NCBI GenBank assembly: GCA_902598305.1
Contig: CACKBL010000009.1
Location: 23,279 to 87,278, forward strand
Reading direction: 5' to 3'
Length of the DNA: 64,000 bases
From: an uncultured Bacteroidota bacterium
GTDB taxonomy: Bacteria; Bacteroidota; Bacteroidia; Flavobacteriales; Flavobacteriaceae
In this document: positions 1-13,821 of the stretch, one piece after another
Position numbering within the stretch: position 1 is the stretch's first letter
Layout of the letters: each line of letters begins with the position of its first letter
Made by a program: the position numbers and the translations under genes
Notes under the pieces: model-generated
The model's input: the letters and a program-made list of their open reading frames with translations, nothing else
Told to the model about the DNA's origin: nothing
The model's database searches: none

Positions 1-989
1 ATGTTTCAACTAAATTCACCGAAAATTTACTAACCAATTTAAGTTTTCAATTTTTAAAAGGTAGAAAAATAGCATATTCGGTCTCATCAATATTAGTTTT
101 AACAAGTTTAATTTCTTTAAGTATCAAGGGATTAAATCAGGGGGTTGATTTTGTAGGTGGTAGGTCATATATAGTTAGATTTGATAAGATTATCAACCCA
201 AGTGTAATTGAAAAATCAATCTCTAATTCTTTGGGTAGTGCTGAGGTTAAAACATTTGGTGAAGCTAATCAATTAAAAATCACGACTAAATACAAGATTG
301 ATCAGGAGGGTACTCAAATTGATAACGAAATTTATCAAAAACTTTTTTCTTCTTTATCAAACTTTCTACCTAACAATTTCACTATTGATGAATTCATTAA
401 CGGGTCAGACGTTAAAACAGTCGGTATAATGTCTTCTATTAAAGTTGGTCCAACTATAGCTGATGATATCAAAAAGAACTCATATTTAGCAGTGATTGGT
501 TCACTGATTATAGTTTTTATATATATTTTAGCAAGGTTTAGAAAATGGCAATTTTCTGCGGGGGCTGTTGCAGCCGTTTTTCACGACGTTTTAATTGTAC
601 TAGGAATTTTTTCCTTATCCTACAACATTATGCCTTTTAATATGGAAATAAATCAAGCATTTATTGCCGCAATATTAACCGTTATCGGTTACTCATTAAA
701 TGACACAGTCGTTGTTTTTGACAGAATTAGGGAATATACTAGAAATAACCAGAATGAAAAATTGTCTCAGACTGTAAATTTAGCCCTAAATTCAACTTTG
801 AGTAGGACATTAAATACTTCTTTAACAACTCTATTAGTATTACTTGCAATTTTTTTGTTTGGTGGTGAATCAATTCGTGGTTTTATGTTTGCCCTTATTG
901 TGGGTGTAATAATAGGGACATATTCATCTGTATTTATTGCTACACCAGTAATGTTCGACTCCCAAAAGAAAAAAGTTATTGAAGTTTAA
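1..989 (+). CDS. secDF: SecDF protein-export membrane protein, C-terminal (SecF) part; 5' end outside the window
   Basis: The reading frame starting at base 3 is open from the window edge to TAA at 987-989. The TTG at 231 in the ORF track is internal. The translation has SecF-like TM segments (IADDIKKNSYLAVIGSLIIVFIYILARFRKWQF, AAILTVIGYSLNDTVVVFDRIREY, LLVLLAIFLFGGESIRGF). Confidence 0.85.
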   Translation, partial: VSTKFTENLLTNLSFQFLKGRKIAYSVSSILVLTSLISLSIKGLNQGVDFVGGRSYIVRFDKIINPSVIEKSISNSLGSAEVKTFGEANQLKITTKYKIDQEGTQIDNEIYQKLFSSLSNFLPNNFTIDEFINGSDVKTVGIMSSIKVGPTIADDIKKNSYLAVIGSLIIVFIYILARFRKWQFSAGAVAAVFHDVLIVLGIFSLSYNIMPFNMEINQAFIAAILTVIGYSLNDTVVVFDRIREYTRNNQNEKLSQTVNLALNSTLSRTLNTSLTTLLVLLAIFLFGGESIRGFMFALIVGVIIGTYSSVFIATPVMFDSQKKKVIEV

Positions 990-1816
990 TTTTTTGCGAC
1001 ATAGATTGATCGAATTAAAACTACAAGTCCTGATAAAATTAACGGAATACTTAGCCACTGACCAGTAGAAAATAAGGGTAATATAGTCTCAAAACCACCT
1101 TGACTTTCTTTTATAAACTCAACTAAAAATCTTACACTAAACAAAGTAAGCATAAAAAACCCGAGTAAAAATCCACTCTTATTTTTAAATTCAGTTTTGT
1201 AGATTTGAGATAAAACAAAAAAAAGAATAAAATAACAAACAGCTTCGTATAACTGCGCTGGATGACGAGGCAATGTATCCCCACGATTGACGAAGATGAC
1301 TCCAAAATTATTTCCTGTATAATTTCCAACTATTTCTGAATTAAAAAAGTTTCCTATTCTAACAAAACCAGCACCCAAGGTAGTGGGTATAATCAATCTG
1401 TCAAGAATCCAGAGTAAGGTTTTTTCTTTATATATCCTCTGATATAGTATTATTCCAGTTAAAATACCTATTGCAGCCCCATGACTCGCTAAACCTCTAA
1501 AACCAGTAAAAGAATATCCATTTGTAGTTTTTTCTATTGGTAAGAAAATTTCTAATAAGTGACTCTGATAGTACTCCCAATCATAAAAAATTACATGACC
1601 AAGTCGAGCACCAATTAAAGTTGAAAGCACTATATAAAACAGCATAGTTTCGAGTCTTTCTGTTGCAACATTTTCTTTTACATACATTCTCTTCATGATG
1701 TTGAATCCAAAAAGAAAAGCGATTATAAACATTAAACTATAATAATGGATACCGAAACTTCCAATTGAAAAAATTGTTGAACTAGGCTCCCAAATAATTT
1801 TATTTATTATAATCAT
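986..1816 (-). CDS. lgt: Prolipoprotein diacylglyceryl transferase
   Basis: 276-aa polytopic membrane protein with Lgt-type stretches (GIHYYSLMFIIAF, GARLGHVIFY, FRGLASHGAAIG, HPAQLYEA). Confidence 0.9.
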   Translation of the reverse strand: MIIINKIIWEPSSTIFSIGSFGIHYYSLMFIIAFLFGFNIMKRMYVKENVATERLETMLFYIVLSTLIGARLGHVIFYDWEYYQSHLLEIFLPIEKTTNGYSFTGFRGLASHGAAIGILTGIILYQRIYKEKTLLWILDRLIIPTTLGAGFVRIGNFFNSEIVGNYTGNNFGVIFVNRGDTLPRHPAQLYEAVCYFILFFVLSQIYKTEFKNKSGFLLGFFMLTLFSVRFLVEFIKESQGGFETILPLFSTGQWLSIPLILSGLVVLIRSIYVAKN

Positions 1817-1850
1817 TAATTTTTAACTTAAATGTATAAAAAACTTTTGG

Positions 1851-2114
1851 TTAAGGTATTGGATCATATCCTCCATCGCTCCATGGATTACATCGTAAGA
1901 TTCTTTTAATAGTCAAAAGAGATCCCTTAATAGCCCCATATTTATTTAAAGCTTCGATTCCGTATTTAGAGCATGAAGGTGAAAATTTACAACTAGATGG
2001 AAAAAAGGGTGAAATAAATCTCTGGTATACTTTTATAACCTTTATAAATAAATCTTTAAATAAATTTGAAAGAAAAATTTTAATATTCATAGGTTGTTTC
2101 ATCTTCATTGTCAT
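1851..2114 (-). CDS. yidD: Membrane protein insertion efficiency factor YidD
   Basis: YidD signature [48 protein letters not shown]. The true start is probably the internal ATG at 2090 (MNIKIF...). The 5' end overlaps the cysS stop. Confidence 0.85.
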   Translation of the reverse strand: MTMKMKQPMNIKIFLSNLFKDLFIKVIKVYQRFISPFFPSSCKFSPSCSKYGIEALNKYGAIKGSLLTIKRILRCNPWSDGGYDPIP

Positions 2115-3552
2115 TTAAAGTAATTCCTATTTTGTTTAACTCATCCCTTATTTTATCTGAGGTATCAAAATCCCTATTCGATCTTGATTTGTTACGAATT
2201 TTAATCAAAAGATCTAACGTTTTACCAAGTAGTTTGTCAGATACAATATTTTTATTGTCAACTAGTAAATTAAGCCCAAGTACTTGAGAGAAAAAAATAG
2301 AAGTTTTTTTCATAAGAAGATTTTTATCCTTTTTTGAAATTTTTTCTTTTCCCATTAATACAGAATTAGAATAATGTATTGCATTAAAAAGCTCAGCGAT
2401 TAACAGAGGGGTATTAAAGTCATCATTCATAGCTTTGTAACAACTCATTTCCCACTTCGAAATGTCAAACCCAGATGTCGACTTTGAAGTTTTTAGTTTA
2501 GAAATATTTTTTATACCAATTTCAAGTTTTTTAAGACCCTTCTCAGATGCCATTAAAGCCTCTTCACTTAGGTCCAATATGCTTCTGTAGTGAGCTTGAA
2601 GGAACAAAAAACGAACTACGTTTGGAGGATAAGGTTTTGAAAAAAAATTATTATCACCGCTAAATAATTCTCCCGGAAGGACACTATTACCGGTCGATTT
2701 TGACATTTTTTTTCCATTAAGTGTTAACATGTTTGCATGGAACCAGTACTTGACTTTTGAATTTTCATTAAGTGCTTCTGATTGTGCAATTTCACAATCA
2801 TGATGAGGAAATTTTAAATCTATACCCCCACCATGTATATCAAACTTATTTCCCAAATATTTCATACTCATTGCACTACATTCAGTGTGCCAACCTGGAA
2901 AACCTTCCCCCCATGGGGATTTCCACTTCATTATGTGTTTGGAATCAGCTTTTTTCCATAGTGCAAAGTCTTGGGGATTTAATTTATCATTTTGACCATC
3001 AAGAGTTCTAGAATTATGAACCAAGTCATCCAAGTTTCTTCTACTTAATTTGCCGTATGTAGAATTTTTATTGAATTTTATTACATCGAAATAAACAGAT
3101 CCATTTCTAATATATCCAAATCCGTTTTTAATAATTTTCTCAATTAATTCAATTTGTTCCAAAATATGACCTGTTGCTGTAGGTTCAATACTTGGTGGAA
3201 TAGTATTTAGTTTTCTTAAATTCTCATGAAAGTCTATAGTATATTTTTGAACCACCTCCATTGGTTCGATGTTTTCTTTTTTGGCTTTCTTTATAATTGG
3301 GTCTTCTCCATCGTCTGAGTCGTTCTCTAAATGACCGACATCTGTAATATTTCTAACATATTTAACTTTATATCCCAAGTGGAGAAGATATCTATAAATG
3401 ATATCAAAAGAAATAAAAGTTCTACAGTTACCTAAATGAACATTACTATAAACGGTTGGACCACATACATACATATGGACTAAATCTTTATGGAAAGTGG
3501 TAAACTTTTCTTTTTTTCCTGTTAAAGAATTGAATACGGATAAATTATGCAT
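2080..3552 (-). CDS. cysS: Cysteine--tRNA ligase
   Basis: 490-aa class I aaRS with a HIGH-type motif (NVHLGN), KMSKS, and CysRS-like blocks ([24 protein letters not shown]). Confidence 0.95.
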   Translation of the reverse strand: MHNLSVFNSLTGKKEKFTTFHKDLVHMYVCGPTVYSNVHLGNCRTFISFDIIYRYLLHLGYKVKYVRNITDVGHLENDSDDGEDPIIKKAKKENIEPMEVVQKYTIDFHENLRKLNTIPPSIEPTATGHILEQIELIEKIIKNGFGYIRNGSVYFDVIKFNKNSTYGKLSRRNLDDLVHNSRTLDGQNDKLNPQDFALWKKADSKHIMKWKSPWGEGFPGWHTECSAMSMKYLGNKFDIHGGGIDLKFPHHDCEIAQSEALNENSKVKYWFHANMLTLNGKKMSKSTGNSVLPGELFSGDNNFFSKPYPPNVVRFLFLQAHYRSILDLSEEALMASEKGLKKLEIGIKNISKLKTSKSTSGFDISKWEMSCYKAMNDDFNTPLLIAELFNAIHYSNSVLMGKEKISKKDKNLLMKKTSIFFSQVLGLNLLVDNKNIVSDKLLGKTLDLLIKIRNKSRSNRDFDTSDKIRDELNKIGITLNDNEDETTYEY

Positions 3553-4232
3553 TAAAACTCTGTTTCAATTTTAATGTAATCTAAAAATTCATTTTTTCTT
3601 GCTTCATTTTTGAAAGCACCACCAAATTCAGAAGTTATAGTACTTGAATTTGGATCACATACGCCCCTTGAATTAATACAAATATGTTTTGCGTCAATTA
3701 CGCACGCAACATCTTTAGTTTTAAGGACATTTTGCATTTCCTCTACTATTTGTAAGGTAAGCCTTTCTTGAACTTGTGGTCTTTGAGCATAGTATTGAAC
3801 TATTCGATTCATTTTTGATAAACCAACCACTGTTCCATTTGATATATAAGCGACATGTGCCTTCCCAATAATAGGCAGCATATGGTGTTCACAAGTTGAA
3901 AAAAGAGTAATATTTTTCTCTACAAGCATTTCACCATATTTGTACTTATTTTCGAAGGTTGAGGCTTTTGGCTTATTTTTTGGGTCTAATCCACTAAAAA
4001 TTTCATTAATGTACATTTCAGCTACTCTTTTTGGAGTTCCCTTAATGCTGTCATCATTCAAATCCAATCCTAAAGTTTGAATAATATCAGATATTTTACT
4101 TTTGATAATTTCAATTTTTTCTTTGTTAGATAAATCAAAAGCATCTTTTCTGAGAGGCGTTTTTAAATTAGAGCTAAAATGATCGTATTGGTTTAAATCT
4201 TCTTCAGAGTAAATATTTTTTTCAACTTTCAT
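3552..4232 (-). CDS. folE: GTP cyclohydrolase I
   Basis: FolE core motifs ([29 protein letters not shown]). The stop overlaps the cysS start (ATG at 3550-3552). Confidence 0.9.
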   Translation of the reverse strand: MKVEKNIYSEEDLNQYDHFSSNLKTPLRKDAFDLSNKEKIEIIKSKISDIIQTLGLDLNDDSIKGTPKRVAEMYINEIFSGLDPKNKPKASTFENKYKYGEMLVEKNITLFSTCEHHMLPIIGKAHVAYISNGTVVGLSKMNRIVQYYAQRPQVQERLTLQIVEEMQNVLKTKDVACVIDAKHICINSRGVCDPNSSTITSEFGGAFKNEARKNEFLDYIKIETEF

Positions 4233-4292
4233 CTTGTGTAATTCACTGCAAATATACTTAAATGATAATTAAAAATAACAGCCAATTGGTTC

Positions 4293-5858
4293 TTAAAGTT
4301 TTAATCTATAAGTAAGAACATAAATATTTCTTCTGGTTGATAAACCAATAGGATCTATTAAACCTTCATTAAAAATTGGTCTTTGATTATTGTATTCTGT
4401 ATTTTGATATGACAAATCTATAATTCCATAATCGAATGTGTAACCAATTCCGAGACTTAAGTTAGTTATGCTGTTATCATATAAATTTGATGAACTACTT
4501 TCTGAAAGATATCCAGCCCTAAGACTTATTTGCGGGTTTAATCTCAACTCCCCTCCAATTTGAAAAATATTATTACTTCTTAATTTGGTTCTAATCTCAT
4601 TGTTTAGACTTGTATCTAAGTAATTGTTTCCACCAGGTCTATATCTGATTCCAGAATAATTCTTTCTTGTAAAATCAAAACTTATAAGACCCTTTGATTT
4701 AAATATATATGCCAAACTTCCTCTCACAGAACCGGCTGTGTTGAGTTTGTGTTCAGGGAAAAATATTTCAGTTTCTGGGTCTAATATTAACTCATCATTA
4801 TTTGGGTTATCATCTAAATCAGTAACTAAAAATTGACTTAAACTTTCATTTATAGTATAGTAAACTGGGCTATCAATGACCAGTCCTAATCTAATTTTAT
4901 TGTTTAATTTATATATACTCCCAATCTGAAATGACCCTCCTTCACCTAAACTTGTTAAATAATTATTAAATCTGAGCGCTTTTATTCCGGATTCATCGGC
5001 ATAATTACTTTCGTAGAAATCAATTTTTTCAGTGTAGTCAAATCTGTGAGAATTGATGTTTAAACCAAAATAAAATTTATCTTTAAACGAACCGCTGATA
5101 TTAAAAGTGTAGAGTCTATTTATACCAAAGCTATTTAGAAAATATTCATGATAGAAACCATTATTTAACGGTAGCGTATTAGATGAGTAATCATAAACCG
5201 GGTCAATAGGGCTTAGTGGATCATTTGGCTGATTTGAATCTTCCGAAAAAATTGGGTTTATTACGTATCCCTCATATCCAAAAAGTGCCTGCTGAGCGGA
5301 ATAGCCCAAATTAGGCTGTTCTCCAATATTTATGTAAGCTTCCCTAAAGCTTTCTCCATTAATTTGAGAGATGTCATCTAAATTTCTATTCATTGCGTGG
5401 TATAAAAAGTACTTGTCAATCCCGTTGTTTTTTGTATTATTTCCCCTTGCAAGAATATTTTTATCAAAATTGTTGTTCACTTGATAATTGAATCCAAATG
5501 AAATTTTTGACCATTTGCTATTTCCTTCATCTTTTAAAACAAGTACAATTCCAGCTTGAGATAAATCTACACCATTAAATGAATTAATATTTTTGTTATT
5601 AAAGTAAGAGGATGTCACCTCATTATTGAAAGTATTTGCAGTTACTGAAAGCTCTGAGGATAAAAAAACAGAAGAAGCGGCAGGATTAACACTAATTGCG
5701 CTAAGTTCCCCTCCTAAAGCACCAAATGCTCCAGATAAAGCACTGAATCTTGCGCTTCCTGATAATGATGTTTGGCTATATCTAAGTGCATCGTTCAAAG
5801 ATTGAGCGTTCAAGCTAAGGCATAATAGACCCATAAATAAAAATAAGTTACTTTTCAT
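4293..5858 (-). CDS. Outer-membrane beta-barrel protein, FadL/OMPP1-like (function unknown)
   Basis: Signal peptide (LLCLSLNAQS) followed by a FadL-family-like N-terminal motif (GSARFSALSGAFGALGGELSAISVNPAAS). Alternating beta-strand pattern with an aromatic C-terminus (YVLTYRLKL). Confidence 0.55.
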   Translation of the reverse strand: MKSNLFLFMGLLCLSLNAQSLNDALRYSQTSLSGSARFSALSGAFGALGGELSAISVNPAASSVFLSSELSVTANTFNNEVTSSYFNNKNINSFNGVDLSQAGIVLVLKDEGNSKWSKISFGFNYQVNNNFDKNILARGNNTKNNGIDKYFLYHAMNRNLDDISQINGESFREAYINIGEQPNLGYSAQQALFGYEGYVINPIFSEDSNQPNDPLSPIDPVYDYSSNTLPLNNGFYHEYFLNSFGINRLYTFNISGSFKDKFYFGLNINSHRFDYTEKIDFYESNYADESGIKALRFNNYLTSLGEGGSFQIGSIYKLNNKIRLGLVIDSPVYYTINESLSQFLVTDLDDNPNNDELILDPETEIFFPEHKLNTAGSVRGSLAYIFKSKGLISFDFTRKNYSGIRYRPGGNNYLDTSLNNEIRTKLRSNNIFQIGGELRLNPQISLRAGYLSESSSSNLYDNSITNLSLGIGYTFDYGIIDLSYQNTEYNNQRPIFNEGLIDPIGLSTRRNIYVLTYRLKL

Positions 5859-5871
5859 AAAATATTAATTA

Positions 5872-7131
5872 TTACTGTTTTCTTCCAGAGGATCGACCAG
5901 CTGAGGACCTCCCTGATGATCTGTTTATGGAGGACGAACCATACGAACTGCCTCTAGATGCGTTGTAGGATCCTCTACTTGGAGAACTGTATGATCTGCC
6001 GCCTGATGAGTTTGAATAATTCCTTGAGTAGTTACTTGACGAATTATAATTCTGATTTGTTTTACCACTAGAATTATTTTGAGTAGATCTACTAAAAATA
6101 GAATTACTGTTACTTTGGGAACTTCTTCCTTGGAATCCGTAATTTTCTGAAACTCTTAACTTATAAAAATCACTATTGCTTCCTGTAGGAATTAATTCAA
6201 CGTTATATCCTCTAGACTGATATTGTCTTATAATGGACTCAATTCGTCTTCGTTGGGCATCTGAATTAGAATTTACCCTCCTTTGTTCAGAATTATTATT
6301 TTGTGCTAATCTTCGACCTTCAGACACTAAATCTGGCGTGGAACTATTTGCGGTAGAACGCACATTATTAGACTGCGCTTCTCCTGAACGAGCTCTAAAA
6401 TTACTGTTCAAAGGGCCAGTGTTTTTTCCTCTGTAGGTGGAGCTATAAGCCCAACCTCTAACGCGATTAAATTGTGAAGAGCTTCTTACACCATAATTAC
6501 CCACGTAAGGACTATTAAAATAATTGAATGCTGAAAATCCCCAATGAGGATTTCCAAACATCCATGGATCGTAAAAACCGAAATTAGCATTCCAACCATA
6601 ATTCCAAGCCCATCTATTCCATCCCCAGAAGCCTAGACGATTCCATCTCATAGGATTTCCCCATCCCCAACCGTTCCAAAACGGATTGTAAAATCCGGAG
6701 TAAAATGGGGAACCAAAATTCTGAAATCCCCACGGACCATTGTTAAACATAAAAATTTGTGTTGTTTTCTGTCCACCTCCCCATTGTGGATTTGTCTTGT
6801 AATTATCTATACTATTTGAATTTATAGAATCTATATCAGACAATACAACATCACTTCTTCTATCATCCCAGTCATATTGTCTTGCTACCTGATCAAAGTA
6901 TCTAGAATATGAATTAGAATCATTATCTAAATCACTTTTTCTAATTATAATCACATTGTCTGATGAATATATTCCATCTGAATATGAGGATACAGGCTGA
7001 AAGCTTCCACAGGAAACTTGAGTTAGAACAAACATTATTAAAAGAGAAATTTTAAAAACATTAATAATAAAGTCATTCATAAAATTGTTATGTTTATTTT
7101 TGAGCAAACTTAATTTATTAGTTTTGTTCAT
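5872..7131 (-). CDS. Hypothetical lipoprotein with a Trp/Gly/Asn-rich aromatic core and a Ser/Arg/Asn-rich tail
   Basis: 1260-nt open frame in an AT-rich genome. Lipobox-like LTQVSC, low-complexity composition, and a 13-nt gap to the downstream barrel gene on the same strand. The start may be an internal ATG (MNDFIINVF). Confidence 0.6.
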   Translation of the reverse strand: MNKTNKLSLLKNKHNNFMNDFIINVFKISLLIMFVLTQVSCGSFQPVSSYSDGIYSSDNVIIIRKSDLDNDSNSYSRYFDQVARQYDWDDRRSDVVLSDIDSINSNSIDNYKTNPQWGGGQKTTQIFMFNNGPWGFQNFGSPFYSGFYNPFWNGWGWGNPMRWNRLGFWGWNRWAWNYGWNANFGFYDPWMFGNPHWGFSAFNYFNSPYVGNYGVRSSSQFNRVRGWAYSSTYRGKNTGPLNSNFRARSGEAQSNNVRSTANSSTPDLVSEGRRLAQNNNSEQRRVNSNSDAQRRRIESIIRQYQSRGYNVELIPTGSNSDFYKLRVSENYGFQGRSSQSNSNSIFSRSTQNNSSGKTNQNYNSSSNYSRNYSNSSGGRSYSSPSRGSYNASRGSSYGSSSINRSSGRSSAGRSSGRKQ

Positions 7132-7184
7132 GGTCTATCTTTGTATTAAAGATAACCAAATTTTGTGCCAAACATGTATTTAAA

Positions 7185-8648
7185 ATGTTAACAAAAAGGT
7201 CAGATAACTTCTCAAAATGGTATAATGAACTTGTTTCTATGGCCCAACTCGCTGAAAACTCGTCAGTTAGAGGATGCATGGTAATTAAACCTTACGGTTT
7301 TTCTATATGGGAAAGTATGAAAAGTGAGCTTGATAAAAAATTCAAAGCAACTGGACATCAAAATGCATATTTCCCCCTTTTTGTTCCTAAAAGTCTTTTT
7401 GAGGCTGAAGAGAAAAATGCGGAGGGTTTTGCTAAAGAATGTGCTGTTGTTACTCACTATAGGTTAAAAAATAGTGGCAAAGAAGGAAAGCTGATTGTAG
7501 ACCCAGAAGCTAAACTAGAAGAGGAGTTAATTGTAAGGCCTACAAGTGAGGCTATAATTTGGCGAACATACAAAAATTGGATTCAATCATACAGAGATCT
7601 TCCTCTTCTTATTAATCAATGGGCAAATGTAGTTCGATGGGAAATGAGACCTAGATTATTCTTAAGAACAGCTGAATTTTTGTGGCAAGAAGGTCATACT
7701 GCACATGCCACAAAAAAGGAAGCGGAAGAAGAAGCTCTTTTAATTAACGATTTGTACGCAGATTTTGTAGAAAATTACATGGCTATTCCGGTAATTAAAG
7801 GGTTAAAATCCGAGAGCGAAAGATTTGCAGGTGCTGTTGAGACTCATTGTATAGAGGCATTAATGCAAGACGGTAAGGCACTTCAAGCAGGTACTTCACA
7901 TTTTTTAGGAGATAATTTCGCAAAAGCATTCGATGTTAAATTCGCCAATCAAAACGGAAATCTAGAGTATGTCTGGGCGACTTCCTGGGGTGTTTCTACA
8001 CGTCTAATGGGAGCACTTATAATGACTCATGGTGATGACAAAGGACTCGTTTTACCTCCAAATCTTGCTCCGATACAAGTAGTTATTGTTCCAATTTTTA
8101 AAGGAAAAGAGCAACTTGAAGAAATTTCCATTGTAGCTAAAAAAATTAAAGATGAACTTGAATCAAAAAACGTGAGGGTTCAATTCGATAATAGAGAAAA
8201 TCTTAAACCTGGTTTCAAATTTGCTGAACATGAAATGAAAGGTATTCCAATTCGTATTGCCATAGGACCAAAAGATATTGAAAAAAATCAGTTAGAGTTA
8301 GCTAGAAGAGATACTGAAGAAAAAATATTTATTAAACAAAATTTTGCTTTAGAAGAAGTAGAGAAAATTTTAAAAGAGATTCATGTTAATCTTTTTGAAA
8401 GGGCCAAAAAATTTCTTGAAGAAAATATTACAGAGGTTGATAGTTATGAAGATTTCAAAAATACAATTAATCAAAAAGGAGGTTTTGTATATGCATATTG
8501 GGATGGAACTACTGAAACTGAAGAAAAAATAAAAAAAGAAACTAAAGCTACTATCCGTTGTATTCCCTACAGTTCAAGTACAAAAGGAAAATGTGTGTTG
8601 ACTGGAAAAGAATCAAGCCAAAAGGTTTACTTTGCAAAATCTTATTAG
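7185..8648 (+). CDS. proS: Proline--tRNA ligase (archaeal/eukaryote-like type lacking the INS domain)
   Basis: 487-aa class II aaRS. Blocks [38 protein letters not shown] and [11 protein letters not shown], with a C-terminal ...FAKSY. Confidence 0.95.
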   Translation: MLTKRSDNFSKWYNELVSMAQLAENSSVRGCMVIKPYGFSIWESMKSELDKKFKATGHQNAYFPLFVPKSLFEAEEKNAEGFAKECAVVTHYRLKNSGKEGKLIVDPEAKLEEELIVRPTSEAIIWRTYKNWIQSYRDLPLLINQWANVVRWEMRPRLFLRTAEFLWQEGHTAHATKKEAEEEALLINDLYADFVENYMAIPVIKGLKSESERFAGAVETHCIEALMQDGKALQAGTSHFLGDNFAKAFDVKFANQNGNLEYVWATSWGVSTRLMGALIMTHGDDKGLVLPPNLAPIQVVIVPIFKGKEQLEEISIVAKKIKDELESKNVRVQFDNRENLKPGFKFAEHEMKGIPIRIAIGPKDIEKNQLELARRDTEEKIFIKQNFALEEVEKILKEIHVNLFERAKKFLEENITEVDSYEDFKNTINQKGGFVYAYWDGTTETEEKIKKETKATIRCIPYSSSTKGKCVLTGKESSQKVYFAKSY

Positions 8649-8731
8649 CGATAGTTTTATAATATCTATTTTTCGTAGATTTCACGTTGCACAATCGAGT
8701 AATATATTTTACATTTGCATGCAAATTTATT

Positions 8732-8803
8732 GGCCCGTTCGTCTATCGGTTAGGACGCCAGGTTTTCATCCTGGAAAGAGGGGTTCGATTCCCCTACGGG
8801 CTA
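8732..8803 (+). tRNA. tRNA-Glu (anticodon TTC)
   Basis: Hand-folded cloverleaf. Acceptor GGCCCGT/ACGGGCT (1:72 is G:U). D stem GTCT/GGAC. Anticodon stem CCAGG/CCTGG with loop TTTTCAT. T stem AGGGG/CCCCT with loop TTCGATT. Discriminator A; no encoded CCA. Confidence 0.85.
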
Positions 8804-8903
8804 CAAATATCTCTCTTAAGCCCGATAAATACTAAGTGTTTTTTTATTGTAAGATTATGTGTAAGGTCTAGCTAAAAGTTATAAGTGGGATAGGCAGAGA
8901 TGC

Positions 8904-12236
<3,333 letters not shown>

Positions 12237-12275
12237 TTAAGTCTATTTTTGTTTATAACTAATTTTACTTTTCTT

Positions 12276-12722
12276 ATGATAAAATATATCCTTAAACTTT
12301 TTTTCCCCTTATTAATTAACATTACAAATGGACAATCAATTCTTTCTGAATCAGACAAAAATGAAATTTTATTAGTGCTTAAAAATCAAGAAAAATTTTG
12401 GAATAAAGGAGATATAGATGGCTTTATGCAAGGGTACGTGAAATCTGACTACTTAGTTTTTAATGGATCTAAAGGTCCCTTTTACGGATGGGATTCTGTC
12501 AAGGATAGATATATCAAAACATACCCCTCAAAAGAACAAATGGGAATACTTAATTTCAAAATTCAAAACATATCTTTAATCACTCCCAATGTTGCTCAAT
12601 TACTAGGACAGTTCTTTTTAAACTACCCCAAAAAGGAAGTATCAGGATATTTTACATTAGTGTTCATAAAATCTAAAGGTAGGTGGTTGATTTTGAGTGA
12701 TCACACTTCAAGAAGTGAATAA
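12276..12722 (+). CDS. SnoaL/DUF4440-like (NTF2-fold) secreted protein
   Basis: Signal peptide, then an FWNKGDIDGFMQGY ... GYFTLVFIKSKGRWLILSDHTS pattern typical of DUF4440/NTF2-like proteins. The ATG at 12276 is preferred over the upstream TTG at 12249. Confidence 0.55.
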   Translation: MIKYILKLFFPLLINITNGQSILSESDKNEILLVLKNQEKFWNKGDIDGFMQGYVKSDYLVFNGSKGPFYGWDSVKDRYIKTYPSKEQMGILNFKIQNISLITPNVAQLLGQFFLNYPKKEVSGYFTLVFIKSKGRWLILSDHTSRSE

Positions 12723-12788
12723 AGTAACTATAAACTGAGAATTAATTGATACTATTTATTTTATCTTGTATACGTAAATGAGATAATT

Positions 12789-13820
12789 ATGAATAAATTT
12801 CTTTTTCTGATAACTCTTTTTTTATTTATTTTTTTTTTATTTCCAAAAAAAGAACCCCCTCCAAATATTTTTTTAATAACTCTTGACGGAGTTAGATGGC
12901 AAGAAGTTTTTTATGGTATTGATAAGAATTTAGTTGAAAAAACAAATTATGTCAACGACAAACAGTTGTTACTTGATAAATATTTCACAATTAAATTATC
13001 CGAAAGACGAAAAAAGCTTATGCCTTTTATGTGGAATTACGTATATAAAAATGGCAAACTCTTCGGTGATTCCTTAAAAATGTCAAATTTTAGTTTAACA
13101 AATAACAAGATCTTTTCCTATCCAGGATACAATGAAATACTAACGGGGAAAGCAGATTCAACGATAAATTCAAATGCAAAAATTTATAATAAAAATATTA
13201 CCATATTGGAAAAATTAAATCAAACCATAGACTACAAAAACAAAATTGCTGCTTTTGCTAGTTGGGATGTGTTTCCATTTATAATTAATGATAAAAGGAG
13301 TGGAGTTCCAGTAAATGCTGGTTATATGTCAGAATTAAATTTAAAAACTCCCATAGTAAATTACATTAATAAAAATCAAAAAAGGACTCCAGTTATCTGG
13401 GATAATGTGAGATTAGACGTTTATACTCATAATCTTGCATTAGAATACATAAAAAAAAAGAAACCCAAATTTATTTATATTGCCTATGGAGAAACAGACG
13501 ACTTTGGTCATTCGGAGAAATATGATTTCTATATCAATTCTCTAAACTATACGGACAACATGATTGAAGAGCTTTGGAATTACGTTCAAAAAAATAAATT
13601 TTATAAGGATAACACCTATTTCATAATTACGACTGATCATGGGAGAGGTTTAATGGAAAATTGGCCTAACCATGGTAAATCTAAAGCCTCTTGGTTGGCA
13701 ATTTTAGGGCCTAAAATAAAAAATACTGGACTGGTAGAGGGAAATTTCTATGCTAGTCAAATAGCAGAAACCATCTTAAATATGTCAAAAGGAATAGATA
13801 CAAAAATACCTATTGAATAG
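12789..13820 (+). CDS. Alkaline-phosphatase-superfamily enzyme (type I phosphodiesterase/nucleotide pyrophosphatase-like)
   Basis: Metal-site and nucleophile-type blocks FLITLDGVRWQ, YGETDDFGHS and ITTDHGRG. N-terminal signal/anchor. Confidence 0.6.
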   Translation: MNKFLFLITLFLFIFFLFPKKEPPPNIFLITLDGVRWQEVFYGIDKNLVEKTNYVNDKQLLLDKYFTIKLSERRKKLMPFMWNYVYKNGKLFGDSLKMSNFSLTNNKIFSYPGYNEILTGKADSTINSNAKIYNKNITILEKLNQTIDYKNKIAAFASWDVFPFIINDKRSGVPVNAGYMSELNLKTPIVNYINKNQKRTPVIWDNVRLDVYTHNLALEYIKKKKPKFIYIAYGETDDFGHSEKYDFYINSLNYTDNMIEELWNYVQKNKFYKDNTYFIITTDHGRGLMENWPNHGKSKASWLAILGPKIKNTGLVEGNFYASQIAETILNMSKGIDTKIPIE

Positions 13821-13821
13821 T

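Noticed and set aside
986-989. A 4-nt convergent overlap of the secDF and lgt stop codons on the palindromic TTAA.
   Set aside because: It is real in the sequence, but it is a trivial consequence of tight gene packing. No terminator or other element is associated with it.
8632-8875. Two plus-strand ORFs from the track (8632..8835 and 8687..8875, 67 and 62 aa).
   Set aside because: They run straight through the tRNA-Glu gene (8732-8803) and its flanks and have no protein-like features. The tRNA explains the region.
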